In this document: positions 1-12,400 of the stretch, piece by piece
How positions within the stretch are numbered: position 1 is the first letter of the stretch
Layout: the number at the start of each line of letters is the position of its first letter
NCBI RefSeq assembly: GCF_964194155.1
Contig: NC_135903.1
Location: 2,914,001-2,978,000, forward strand
DNA length: 64,000 nt
Source: Cetorhinus maximus
Lineage: Eukaryota
Direction: 5' to 3'
The notes under the pieces: model-generated
The model's input: only the letters and a program-made list of their open reading frames with translations
The model's database searches: none
Told to the model about the DNA's origin: nothing
Program-made: the position numbers and the translations under genes

Positions 1-1560
1 TTATATTTGTATGGCACCTTCAATAGAATGAAATATTCCAAGGCACTTCACAGGAGCATTATAAAACAAAGTATGACACCGAGCCACATAAGGAGATATT
101 AGGTCAGAAGGCCAGAAGCTTGGTCAAAGAGGTAGGTTTTAAGGAGTGTCATAAAGGAGGAAAGCGAGGTAGAGAGGCAGAGAGAGGGAATTCCAGAGCT
201 TGGAACTAAGGCAACTGAGGGTGCAGCTGCAAATGGCAGAGGAATTAAAATGTGGGACAAACAAGAGGCCAGATTCAGGGGAGTGCAGATATCTCCAAGG
301 ATTGTGGGGCTGGAAGAGATGATAGAGATAGGGAGTGGGCAAGGGCATGGAAGGATTTGAAAACAAGGTTGAGAATTTTAAAATCAAGACATTAGCTTGA
401 CCACGTGCCAATATAGATCAGGGAACACAAGGGCGTTGGGGAAACAGGACTTGCTGTGAGTTAAGATATGGGCAGCAGAGTTTTGCATTAACCCAATTTT
501 ACGGAGGGTAGAATAGGAGAGAACAGACAGGAGTGCTTTGTAACAGTCAAGTCTAGATGTAATGAGGGCACGAATGAGTGTTTCAGAGACAGGGGTGGAG
601 TCGGTCGATGTTACGGGGGTGGAAATAAGGAGTCTTAGGAATGGCACGAATATGAGGTTGTAAGCTCAACTTGGGATCAGCTGTATTACAAGGTTGCAAA
701 CCAACTCGTTCACAATGTTGCCAGGGAGAGGGATGGAGTCGGTGGCGAGGGAACAAAAATTGAAGTGGGGGCTATAAACAATGGCTTCTCTCTTCCCAAT
801 CTTTAATTGGAAGAAATTTCTGCTCATCCAGTACTGGGCATCAGATAAGCAGTCTGATAATGTAACCATAGTGGAGGAGACGAGAGAGGGGGTGGTGAGG
901 TAGAGCTGGGTGTCATCAGCATACATGTGAAAACTAACACTGTGCCTTTGGATGATGTCACTGAAGGGCAGCATGTAGATGAGAAAAAGGAGTGGGGAAG
1001 CCAAGGATAAATCCTTGGGGGACACTAGAGATAATGGTGCAGGTGCAGGAAGAGAAGCCTTTGCAAGTGATTCTCTAGCTACGATAAGATAGGTAAGAAT
1101 GGAACCAGATGTGAGCAGTCCCACCCAGCTGGATGACTGTGGAGGGGCACTGGAGGATGATGATGTAGCCATGTCAAAGACAAAGATGGTGTGATCCATG
1201 TCATGTCAAAGACTGCAGATAGATCGAGAAGGACGAGGGGGGAAAGTTTACGTTTATCACTTCACACGGTGTTATTTGCAACTTTGATGAGAGCTGTTTT
1301 GGCAGAAACAGTAGTTTAGTAGAAATAGGATAAAGGTTCATGAGGCCTTAAGGGGAGATAGAAGAGAAACTAGGGAAAGATGCAAGTTCAGGGCTAGAGC
1401 AGGGGGGTACATTAAGGGAAGCTTGGTCAGGTGGGCTAGCGGAAGAAGGGAAGCGGATCAGATTGTCTCGATCTTCTTGATAAAAAGCCCATGATCTCCT
1501 CTTACTTGTTGTTGGTGGTGAGATTGGAGGGGACGCAGGAGAGGGGTTTAAGAAAATGAA
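1..1560 (-). mobile_element. Degenerate L2/CR1-group LINE, 3' part (RT to tail)
   Basis: Minus ORF 666-1199 contains YMLPFSDIIQRHSVSFHMYADDTQLY (RT YADD). ORF 384-647 has LIRALITSRLDCYKALL...QNSAAHILT, typical of the L2 ORF2 C-terminus. Frameshifted. Confidence 0.85.
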
Positions 1561-1599
1561 AATAATAATTTGATCTTCAGTTGTGGATAAAAATAAAGG

Positions 1600-2030
1600 C
1601 TTGCATTTATATGGTGCCAACCATGACCACCAGACATTTCAAAGCACTTTACAGCCAATTAAGTGCTTTCGAAGTGTAGTCACTATTGTCAACGTAGGAA
1701 ATGTGGAGCCAATTTGTGCACAGCAAACTCCCACAAATGTGATAATGACCAGATAATCTGTTCTTTTTTCTTGATTCAAGGATAAACATTGGCCAGGACA
1801 CCAGGGTTAACTCCCTTGCACTTTTTCAAAATAGTCTCAAGAGCTCTTTTACGTTCACCAGACAGGCGGGGTCTCAGTTAAACATCTCATCCAAAAGACA
1901 GCACCTCCAACAGTGCAGCACCCCCTCAGTACTATAGTAGAGTGTCAGTTTTGATTTTTGTGAAGTCCCCAAGTGAGACATGAAACCTCAACCTTCCAAC
2001 ACAGAGGTAGGCGTGCTACCAACTGAGCCA
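1600..2030 (-). mobile_element. tRNA-derived SINE with Deu-like central domain
   Basis: Minus strand begins GTGGCTCAGTTGGTAGCAC (box A). It contains TTTGTGGGAGTTTGCTGTGCACAAATTGGCT (Deu-like core) and an L2-like tail. A similar copy lies at 5690-6065. Confidence 0.7.
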
Positions 2031-2579
2031 CATACTGCTGTGGGCCAGAGGGTGAAGAGAAGAGTTGTCTAAAAATTGGCACTTAGCTTCATTAAGCTAA
2101 AGTTCCTTCTGTCCTATCACATTAACATCTTTGTAATAATGTTAAGTTTGGAAATTAGAGCTACAAGTGCAGAGGGTAAATTAGAAGGGAAGAAGAGAAA
2201 CAGATTGTTAATATCAGTGTCAGTTCTCGATGGAAGGATCAAGAGCAGGTAAGAAGCCAAAGGAAAATGTCCAGCTGGATAAGGAAGACTGGACACAGGA
2301 AAAATAAATCAGATTCAGTAGGAGTTGGGATAGGGTGGCTGGAGTATGACCCCCGACTGAAAAACCAGGCACAGAGGTAGAGGAAGAGGTCAGCATCTTT
2401 ATCAGGAATAAAATGTTCAAATGTTCTGTTTTCTACAATATCCCAAGAGAAGGTAAAATTCTTGTTCAGCTGAGTAATATCTAAAGAAAATGATCCAAAG
2501 AGAAAGTAGCTTTGTGCGTTTAGAATGGAGAGTGGATAAGAAATGGGAAAGAGAAATATTTGTATAACATATCACTGAC

Positions 2580-4407
2580 CTGATGGAATTGGGGGTTTAT
2601 CTTCTGATGTTGGGGTTGTGACACTTCCAGTTAAGGATGAAACAGAGCTGAGAGATTCAAGTTCCACTTTCTCTTCATCACCTTCACTTCCCAAATCATG
2701 ATCACTATCTCCTTTGCTATAATCAGGTCGGAGGTGCATGGAGGTTTCTAACATCCCAGGGATGCGCTGGGTAGTTTTTGTCACAGAGCTAGGGAAGAAT
2801 GCAGTAGGTTTAGTAACTCTACTCACTTTCCCCATAGTTGATGCAATTTCTGCAGGCTGAGTTGTCACAATTTCTGCAGGCTGAGTTGTCACAATTTCTG
2901 CAGGCTGAGTTGTCACAATTTCTGCAGGCTGAGTTGTCGCAATTTCTGCAGGCTGAGTTGTCGCAATTTCTGCAGGCTGAGTTGTCGCTGCAGGCTGAAT
3001 TGTCGCAATTTCTGCAGGCTGAATTGTCGCTGCAGGCTGAATTGTCGCAATTTCTGCAGGCTGAATTGTCGCAATTTCTGCAGGCTGAATTGTCGCAATT
3101 TCTGCAGGCTGAATTGTCGCAATTTCTGCAGGCTGAATTGTCGCAATTTCTGCAGGCTGAATTGTCGCAATTTCTGCAGGTTGAGTTGTCGCAATTTCTG
3201 CAGGCTGAGTTGTCGCAATTTCTGCAGGTTCAGTTGTCGCAATTTCTGCAGGTTCAGTTGTCGCAATTTCTGCAGGTTCAGTTGTCGCAATTTCTGCAGG
3301 TTCAGTTGTCGCAATTTCTGCAGGTTCAGTTGTCGCAATTTCTGCAGGTTCAGTTGTCGCAATTTCTGCAGGTTCAGTTGTCGCAATTTCTGCAGGTTCA
3401 GTTGTCGCAATTTCTGCAGGTTCAGTTGTCGCAATTTCTGCAGGTTCAGTTGTCGCAATTTCTGCAGGTTCAGTTGTCGCAATTTCTGCAGGTTCAGTTG
3501 TCGCAATTTCTGCAGGTTCAGTTGTCGCAATTTCTGCAGGTTCAGCTGTCGCAATTTCTGCAGGTTCAGCTGTCGCAATTTCTGCAGGTTCAGCTGTCGC
3601 AATTTCTGCAGGTTCAGCTGTCGCAATTTCTGCAGGTTCAGCTGTCGCAATTTCTGCAGGTTCAGCTGTCGCAATTTCTGCAGGTTCAGTTGTCGCAATT
3701 TCTGCAGGTTCAGCTGTCGCAATTTCTGCAGGTTCAGCTGTCGCAATTTCTGCAGGTTCAGCTGTCGCAATTTCTGCACGCTGCATTGTCGCAATTTCTG
3801 CAGGTTCAGCTGTCGCAATTTCTGCAGGTTCAGCTGTCGCAATTTCTGCAGGTTCAGCTGTCGCAATTTCTGCAGGTTCAGCTGTCGCAATTTCTGCAGG
3901 TTCAGCTGTCGCAATTTCTGCAGGTTCAGCTGTCGCAATTTCTGCACGCTGCATTGTCGCAATTTCTGCAGGTTCAGCTGTCGCAATTTCTGCAGGTTCA
4001 GCTGTCGCAATTTCTGCAGGTTCAGTTGTCGCAATTTCTGCAGGTTCAGTTGTCGCAATTTCTGCAGGTTCAGTTGTCGCAATTTCTGCAGGTTCAGTTG
4101 TCGCAATTTCTGCAGGTTCAGTTGTCGCAATTTCTGCAGGTTCAGTTGTCACAATTTCTGCAGGTTCAGTTGTCGCAATTTCTGCACGCTGCATTGTCGC
4201 AATTTCTGCACGCTGCATTGTCACAATTTCCGCAGGTTGAGTTGTCGCAATTTCTGCAGGTTGAGTTGTCGCAATTTCTGTAGGCTGAACTGTTGTAGTT
4301 TCTACCTTTTTCTCACCCGTAAAAATATTCCACCATTGGGCGCTTCCATGAGACAGCAAAGCACACAGCACGAGAAAATTCAAGGCTTTTGAGAACTCCA
4401 GAGCCAT
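2580..4407 (-). CDS. Coding exon of an unidentified secreted or surface mucin-like protein (signal peptide plus octapeptide repeats); gene probably continues beyond the window
   Basis: GAAATGG start context. Hydrophobic signal peptide MALEFSKALNFLVLCALLSHGSA|QWWNIF, then about 60 x (EIATTEPA-like), then a Ser/Thr/acidic tail. Phase-1 donor CAG|GTCAGT at 2580, just before the in-frame stop at 2572-2574. Confidence 0.75.
2843..4290. repeat. 24-bp coding minisatellite (GCAATTTCTGCAGGTTCAGTTGTC), about 60 units
   Basis: Directly visible tandem array with block-wise variants. Confidence 0.98.
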
Positions 4408-5689
4408 TTCTAAATTTTAAATGATGGTTGAGAAATAGACAAGAAAGGTCCAGACTACTGATTCAGTCTCCTCTTCACATACATATTCCTATATCCAGGG
4501 TGGGAGGGATATCGGGGTGGAGGGGGTGGTGGTTGTTGGGGGGCCGGGGGGGAGACCTTGTTGCGAGACTTCTGTCCTGTCAGAATTTTGGTTCAAAATG
4601 AGTTACCAGTTTGTGCCGCATAGATTAACCTTTGATACTTGAAACCTGAGTGTTTAGACCCACCCTTTCACTATCAAGTGTGTACTTAAGAGCAGATTAT
4701 CTTATGTTTACTTGGACCAATGACAGAAATCTTGGACTTGAGTTTCAATTGGTTGTGCCAAACAGGGAAAAACGTTATTGCAGTTTATTGGATCTTCTGG
4801 TTGGACATGCTCCCCAATTACTGCCAAGCAGTTCAACGGGTTTGTTTATTAACTGCTTGCAAGTACAATAATTCTACAGAAATACAAATATATATACCTA
4901 ACTGATCAGACTCTGCTTTCAGAAAGTCACATTTTCTCATTTATGTACATAACTCTATAATGTGTTCTTTGTGAAGCAAATGTAATGTCCATATAAGTAA
5001 CTCCTGAATGATACAAAGTAGAACTGGATACATTGAAAGAGCCAAGACATTTGCCTCTATCTGAAAGGCAAATGTTTCACTTTATTTTAAATCTATTTTG
5101 TTATGTAAACAGTAATGCACAATCAAGATACATATAAGATGTACAAAAGGCACATAGTTAAGACATCAAATCACCTGTCCCTGAAACTTCCTAATCTCCT
5201 ACAAGCTACAAGTCTTAAAATCCAAAATAGCATCACTTGACAATTGCTTCTCAATTTACATTGTCCTCTCGTCTAAATTTTTTTTAACCTTTTCCATAAT
5301 GGGTCTCAGCTCTTCATTTAGGAGTCGCAGCAAAGTAAATAAAGTTCTTTAAAAAAGTTGATAGCCATTGTTTAAGCCAAGTGAAACTCTCAAAGACCAC
5401 AGTGAAATTAATAAATGTAAAAAGCGTTTCCTTCTTGAGCTCTCTGCCTCAAGGCAGGTCTGACCCACAGTGCCACATCACCTGCCACAGGTTGGGAGGT
5501 CCCAAATCCACCCAGGCGGAATGGGGATTGAACACTGTACTGTTGCACCAATTTGGTCCACACCAGCCATCCAAGCCATCTGCTACCCGCCCCCCCCACC
5601 CCCCCCGAGGAATCTGAGTTGCTGTGGCAACATGCACTTTTGCATGCATGTTGTAGCCTGGAGCTATGAATAGTAATGGCAGAGGCACT

Positions 5690-6065
5690 TTTAAAAAGCG
5701 TAGGCATTGTTGTAATATAAGAAACGCAGCAGCTAATTTGTGCACAGCAAGCTCCCACAAACAGCAATGTGATAAAACGATCAGATATTTTGCATTTTAT
5801 GACGTTAACTGAGGGATAAATATTGGCTGGTACATTGGGGATAACTCCACTGTGCTTCTTTGAGATAGTCTCATGGAATCCTTTATGTCTATCTGAGAGG
5901 ACAATGGGGCCTCAGTTGAATGTCTCATCAAAAAGACAGCATCTTTGACAGTGCAGTACAGCTCTAGGGTGTTAGGCTTGATTTTGAACTCAAGTCCTGG
6001 AGCGGGACTTGAACCCAGGTCCTCCTGACTCAGAGGCAAAAGTGTACTAACTGAGCCACAGCTGA
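5690..6065 (-). mobile_element. tRNA-derived Deu-domain SINE
   Basis: Minus head GTGGCTCAGTTAGTACAC...GGTTCAAGTCCC (boxes A/B) and core TGCTGTTTGTGGGAGCTTGCTGTGCACAAATTAGCTGC. Confidence 0.7.
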
Positions 6066-6727
6066 CACCTGAGAGATTTGGACAAGTGGAAGAGGATATT
6101 GAATCACTGCACTAGGGAGGCAGGCTGGACTAAATGTCAGTGGCAATTGACAAGAATTGCGGCGATAGGTGAGCGGGACTTAATGCAGGGTAGAATAGGA
6201 ATGGCAGAGTTTTGGTTGAATTAAGTTTGTCCAGTGACTTTTCGGAGGTAAGCCAGGGAAGCATCAGAAAACTTTAAGCCATGGAAAGGATTTTCAATAA
6301 CAGTGGGATTAAGGTAGGGAAAGAAGTGAGTATGACTACAGTGATGAAAATAGTGTTGCTAATGAATTGCAATGGGATGGGATTTGAAGCTCAAACAATT
6401 GCAGTTGTCCTGTGAGTTCAGCCAAGACATAAATTGAATAGTTACATCTTTGCTAATGTTGGTGAAAGTTATGGCTCATCTATTTTTTTTAAACTGTACC
6501 TTTGACCAATTCTCCAAGATCCTCTATAGTGTGACCAGTCTCTCTCCGATATCATGTCATGGGGTGTATATGAAAGCCACTAGTTAAATACAAGTTGTTG
6601 TACATCAAAAAATCAGTTAAGTTTGGAAATTATCATTAGGGAAGTTCCTTTTCTAATCTCTACTTTCCTAACTGTGTCCATTCTTGCTGAGGTACAGTCG
6701 CTTGAGAAGTGGCAGTTATATACAAAC

Positions 6728-6875
6728 AAGGAGCAGTAGGCCATTCAGCCCCTCGAGCCTGCTCCACCGTTTAATGAGATCATGGCTGATCTGATAGTAA
6801 CCTGAAGTCTGCATCCCACCTACCCCCGATAACCTATCACCCCCTTGCTTATCAAGAATCTATCCACCTCTGCCA
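6728..6875 (-). mobile_element. CR1-type LINE 3' tail fragment
   Basis: AGGAGCAGTAGGCCATTCAGCCCCTCGAGCCTGCTCC, a tail also seen at 18225, 25335, 47080, 53480 and, in reverse, at 25700-25780. Confidence 0.75.
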
Positions 6876-9049
6876 GTTTGATACCCTACCCAATGTGCAT
6901 TCTTTGTGTGTGAGCCTTGACAGTGAGTGCATACAGATCATTAATTCATAGAGTATCAGAACACGAGCCAAACCCAAATTTTACTTGGGTATCTGCAGTT
7001 TGAAGGGTCTCTCTGCAACACAGAAACCAGTAATTATACATTACACCGCAGAATTGTAAAGTCACAGATGCTTTAGTAATGAAATAGTGATTAATGGAAT
7101 ATCTTCAAACATAGAATCAGGTCTTGGCAGTTCATCTGACCTGAGTGACAGCAGATTTAAGGAGCAGGAGGTAGGCTATAAAAAATTAGATCAACAATGC
7201 AGAAGGGAAACAAAAGCATTCCTTCCATATGAAAGGCAAAATCAGAGTTATCATAAGCAGTCAACTGAGAGCAAGGTATCTCATTGTCTATACGAAGTCT
7301 AATCTCAATGCTGAAATCTGTTTGAGAAATTGGTTAACTTGTTAAACCTCACTCAACTGGTGATTTCTCCAGTCCACAAAAGTCTTGTCCCAAGGGTGGC
7401 AATCACCTTTCAGTACCTGAGCCACATGAAGGCATAGTAGAACTGGCAGCCTTGGCTAACATTCTCTCTCAAACCCAGGGTGTTACAAGCAGTTGTACTG
7501 CTTCTACCACTGCCCCAGAAAGATCTGCTGACTTAACGCAGACTGGCGACTGAACCGGTTTATGATTCAGAGAAAATAAAGGAATTTTATATCTTGACAA
7601 TAAATCAAGATTGTTTGCAATTAATCTTGCAACTGCAGACTGCAGCTTTGTATTTGCGACTTTGGACAATGCAATCATGGGTATTTGAACCTAAGCGATG
7701 TGCATCACATTTGTGTCTATGGCAATCTCAATAGGATAATCAGCACCAATCCAAAGAAAGATCATTTTTATTTTTGCTTCAAATTTGACCTGGAGCAGGT
7801 GCAGTAGAAAGCTGTGTATTTTCATCCAGATACCAGAAGCTACCTGCATTCTGTAGTGCCTGCCAGATAGCAGCAAGTGGCTGCAGTAGATAAATGGGAT
7901 ATGATAGGAATACTTCAAAGTATCCGGTGCAATTTCGGAAAATAATAGAAAAGTAGATTAGATTTTAAAAAAGGGACATATCCTATTTTTCTCCTTCAAA
8001 TGACAATAGTTTAACTGTGCATTTGTGTTTAATTTAGATTTTCAGCAATTTTCCTTTTTAATCTGATATTTGAGCAGTATATGCACACAAAACCACTAAC
8101 TGAACTGTGCTCACTTCTCCCTGTGCAGTCAGATTTACCAGGTGTAATGCTCCCTACATTTTAAGCTCCATCATCCAATGACACGTAACTTGACAACATA
8201 CAAAATTCAATGCCAATATGAACCTTCCCACTTGGGAATTAAAAATCTCCAACATGCAATCACAAGGGCATAGACAGCAGGTGGAATCGGTAGAGGGTCA
8301 AATAGCCTTGCAAACATCTTTGGAATTCTACCTCAGCATAAGTTACTACCAAAGGGAGCAAATGAAACAAAAATGGTCAATGTCCCATCAAACTGTGCTC
8401 ACTTCTACCTGCAGGTACAGAATAATGAGGTTTACAGCATGAGCATAGTGACATGAAGACAGATTCCAGAGAAGGCTTTTGTTTTAAAACAGGAATCCAC
8501 TGAACTGCATCAATAACAACAATGTACCTACATCTTTTAGAACAAGCAGTAATTATCTTGCTAATCCACTGTAAGTCCTCAATTCCTTTTCGCTTCAATG
8601 CATTATTTAACTACTAACTTTCCTCAATCAGATAATACCTGTAGCTGCTATCCTGTGTATTTTCTGATTGCTTTGTACCTGTGCAGCGAGGATTTTTGAA
8701 CTGAGAGTTCTGCTTGATGTCTCTTAGCCATACACAAGGAACCTACAGACCAATTAAACCAAAGCTAACTAAATGTCTGGTAAAAGACCAGGGAGCAAAC
8801 TAGCAATGCCTCAGGCAAGACACTGCATGACAAATTGCAAAATACTACGCTTAGCACATGTAACTTGACTGCTGCCTGAGTATCACAATTTTGTTTTAAG
8901 TTGTGGAGGCAGTAAGGCCAGTTTCTAAACAGAACCGAGGTGATGAAGCTTCAATTATACTGGCACTCAAAAATAAAGACAATGAGGGTATGTGGAAGGG
9001 GATACAGTACACAGAGTGATACCAGAGTTTAGGTGGTTAGATTATGAGG

Positions 9050-9355
9050 GTTTTTTAAAAATTCATTCACGGGATGTGGGCGTCGCTGGCTGGACCAGCA
9101 TTTATTGCCCATTCCTAGTTGCCCTTGAGAAGGCGGTGGTGAGCTGCCATCCTGAGCTGCTGCAATCCATGTGGTGTAGGTACAACCACAGTGCTGTTAG
9201 GGAAGGAGTTCCAGGATTTTGACCCAGCGACAGTGAAGGAACGGCGATATATTTCCAACTCAAGGATGGTGAGTGACTTGGAGGAAAACTTACAGGTGGT
9301 GGTGCTCCCACCTATCTGCTGTTCTTGTCCTCCTAGATGATAGTGGTCATGGGTT
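9050..9355 (-). mobile_element. 3' fragment of the CR1-like LINE family seen at 50785-51950
   Basis: Encodes SLSWKYIAVPSLSLGQNPGTPSLTALW...RATRNGQ, matching ORF 51530-51901. Confidence 0.8.
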
Positions 9356-9477
9356 ACATAAATATGGCTTGTATTTGCATTTAGAAGGGATGATCTAATA
9401 TGGTGTTTGAAACGATGAAAGTATTTGATAGGGAGAAGTTATTTCTTCTGGTGGGACAATCCAAAACAAGGCGGCAT

Positions 9478-12400
9478 TTTTTTTTTTGCAGCAGCAGCCT
9501 TCCATCTTGTAAGGCGTACCGTGATGGGCGGCCCACTGTTAAGCATCGCTTGCTGTGGCTCAGGAGCCCCACTCTGGCTTGCAATCTCTGCCGCATTTGT
9601 TGCTGAGGAAGACAGTGGCGACCCATTTCACTGTTGAATGTGGACTATAAGATTCTGTCCAAGGTCATCGCCAACCGGGTCAAATCCGCTCTGGAATTGG
9701 TGATTCACCCTGACCAGACCTGCTCTGTGCCAGGCAGGAAGATCTCTGACAGCCTGGCGCTGCTCAGGGATACGATTGCCTATGTACAGGACAGGGGTGT
9801 GGATACCTGCCTCATCAGCTTGGATCAGGAGAAGGCCTTTGACAGAATATCGCACACTTACATGGGGGATGTGCTCTCCAAAATGGGCTTTGGGGAGGGA
9901 ATTCGAAATTGGATCCAACTGCTCTACACTAACATCAGTAGCGCAGTCTCAATCAATGGGTGGGAAACAGATAGCTTTCCGATTAAATCTGGAGTCAGGC
10001 AGGGCTGTCCTCTCTCGCCTGTCCTTTTCGTGTGCTGCATAGAACCCTTTGCCGAGTCCATCAGGAAGGATCCGGGCATAAGAGGAGTGACGATCCCAGG
10101 CAGTGGAGGCACTCAGGTAAAAGCCTCCCTGTACATGGACGACGTCGCCGTCTTCTGCTCGGATCCGCTGTCGGTGCGCAGACTGATGCACGTCTGCGAC
10201 CAGTTCGAACTGGCCTCGGGAGCCAAGGTAAATCGTGGGAAGAGCGAGGCCATGTTCTTTGGGAACTGGGCTGACCGATCCTTTGTCCCCTTCACTGTCA
10301 GGGCTGACGGCCTGAAGGTGCTGGGGATATGGTTCGGAGGGACCGGGGCATGCGTTAGAAACTGGAAGGAGCGAGTGGCTATGGTGAAAAGGAAACTGGG
10401 CATGTGGGAGCGACGCTCCCTCCATTGCGGGTAAGAACCTGGTCATCAGGTGTGAGGTACTCTCGCTGTTGCTGTACGTGGCGCAGGTCTGGCCCATTCC
10501 ACACTCCTGCGCGATGGCGATCACTCGAGCCATCTTCCGCTTTATCTGGAGGTCGAAAATGGATCGTGTCTGCAGGGACGCGATGTACAAGCCTCTAGAT
10601 AAAGGGGGAAAAAACGTGCCCAACATCGCCCTCATACTGATGGCCACCTTTGTGTGTGGCTGCATCAAGCGGTGCGTAGACCCTCAGTACGCAAACACCA
10701 AGTGTCACTACGTGCTGAGGTTCTACCTGTCCCCGGTGTTGCGAAGGATGGGTCTGGCCACGCTGCCGCGGAACGCTCCAAGTAGTTGGACCGCACCGTA
10801 CCACCTGTCCCTGGTGGAAAAATTTATGCAGAAAAACACCTTTGACCACAAGTCCATCAGGCAGTGGTCAGCACGTAACGTCCTAGAGGCCCTGAGGGAT
10901 AAGGAGAGGGTGGACCCTGTGGGATGGTTCCCCGAGCAGACTGTCAAAGTCATTTGGCAGAATGCCTCATCGCCAGAACTTTCCAACAAGCACCAAGACG
11001 TAGCTTGGCTGGTGGTGAGAAAGGCCCTCCCCGTCAGATCCTTCCTACACGCCAGGAGTCTCACCCCCTCTGCACGATGCCCTCGAGGTGGCTGTGGTGG
11101 GGAAGAGACCGTTGTTCACCTCCTTGTGGATTGTGCCTTTGCAAAGAAAGTCTGGAGAGAGATGCAGTGGTTGCTGTCGAGGTTCATCCCGAGCAGTTCT
11201 GTGACACAGGACTCTGTGCTCTACGGGCTGTTCCCAGGGACACACACCGAGACAAACATCGACTGCAGCTGGAGGATCATCAACTCGGTGAAAGACGCGC
11301 TTTGGTCTGCCCGAAACTTGTTGGTCTTCCAGCACAAAGAGTTGTCCCCGACCGATTGTTGCGGACTGGCACAATCCAAAGTCCAGGACTACGTGCTGAG
11401 GGACGCACTAAAGCTTGGGGCAGCTGCCGCAAAGGCGCAATGGGGAAGGGTCGCTGTCTAAGACCTTTCTACCACAGCGCACCGAGAGACTGGGAACTGT
11501 TTAGAGCCCCTCGGGCTGTACAGATCAAAATGAAAGGCTGTAAATGATTGTAATATTGTTTGTACTGATGCACCTGGTGATACATTTTGTAAAAGTTTAA
11601 CCTGGATTGTACCCTTGTAATGTTGTTTTTGAAATGGTTTTGAATGTGATTGAAGATTTTTTATGAATAAAGTATATTTTTACAATAAAAAAAAAAGACA
11701 GTGGGCTGAGGAGGTGCACAATTCACTGGCCTGTTTTCTCTGGGCCCTCCTTTCGGCCAGCTGAGCTTTTCATTTCTGCTCCTCTTCCAATGCCCTTCCA
11801 GAGGTCACGGCCGTCAGCAACTGTCTCCCAGTTGTTACTGTCAATGTCCACCCATCGTCACATCTCAGTTGCAAGTGTCCTTCTAGCAGAAGTATGGACA
11901 TTCAGGAGGTCATGACCCAGTGACAAGTTAACCTCAAATTTAACAAACAAGTCTGAAGGCCTATCCAAAGGCCACGCGCACTGTTACTCACCCAATCTTG
12001 TTTCAAAGACCAAAGACCTAATGAATCCTGCAGGCCACGCTCGGGATTCTTTCGGCATCGTGCACCATAGTATGATGAGATGTACGGCTGCACCTGCAGT
12101 TCCCCACATGAGCTCCCAATGTTAACTGGACAGTTCCCCTTAGCAAGTTCACTGTACAGAAGGTCTTTGGGTATACAGCCAACGTCCATCTGATAAGCAT
12201 GGCCGAGCCAATACAGATGTCGTTGGCTGAGCGACGAGTGTATGCTGATAGAATTAGCATGCTCCAGGACCTCTGAGTTGGTGACCTTGTCCTGCCAAGG
12301 GATGCTAAGGATACATCTGAGACAACGAAGCTGGAAACCATTCAGTCTTTTCTCCTGTCTAGCATATGTTGTCCAGGTCTCACCATTGTAGAGGTGTGCT

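Noticed and set aside
1975-2030. tRNA genes at box A/B motifs (also ~6000-6060, ~63090)
   Set aside because: These are SINE heads continuing into SINE bodies, with no full cloverleaf.
2220-2435. Possible next exon of the repeat protein
   Set aside because: Translation from the candidate acceptor gives no recognisable domain and hits a stop without a convincing donor.
2843-4290. CRISPR array, antifreeze glycoprotein or ice-nucleation protein
   Set aside because: No spacers and a eukaryotic context. The unit is neither (AAT)n nor AGYGSTxT.
2838-4392. Long alternative-frame ORFs (QFLQVQLS)n, (CRNFCRFS)n, (QKLRQLNL)n
   Set aside because: By-products of a stop-free 24-bp repeat. Only the 4407 frame has a signal peptide and non-repeat flanks.
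9776-11547. Overlapping and antisense ORFs across the L1
   Set aside because: Shadow frames of GC-rich ORF2.
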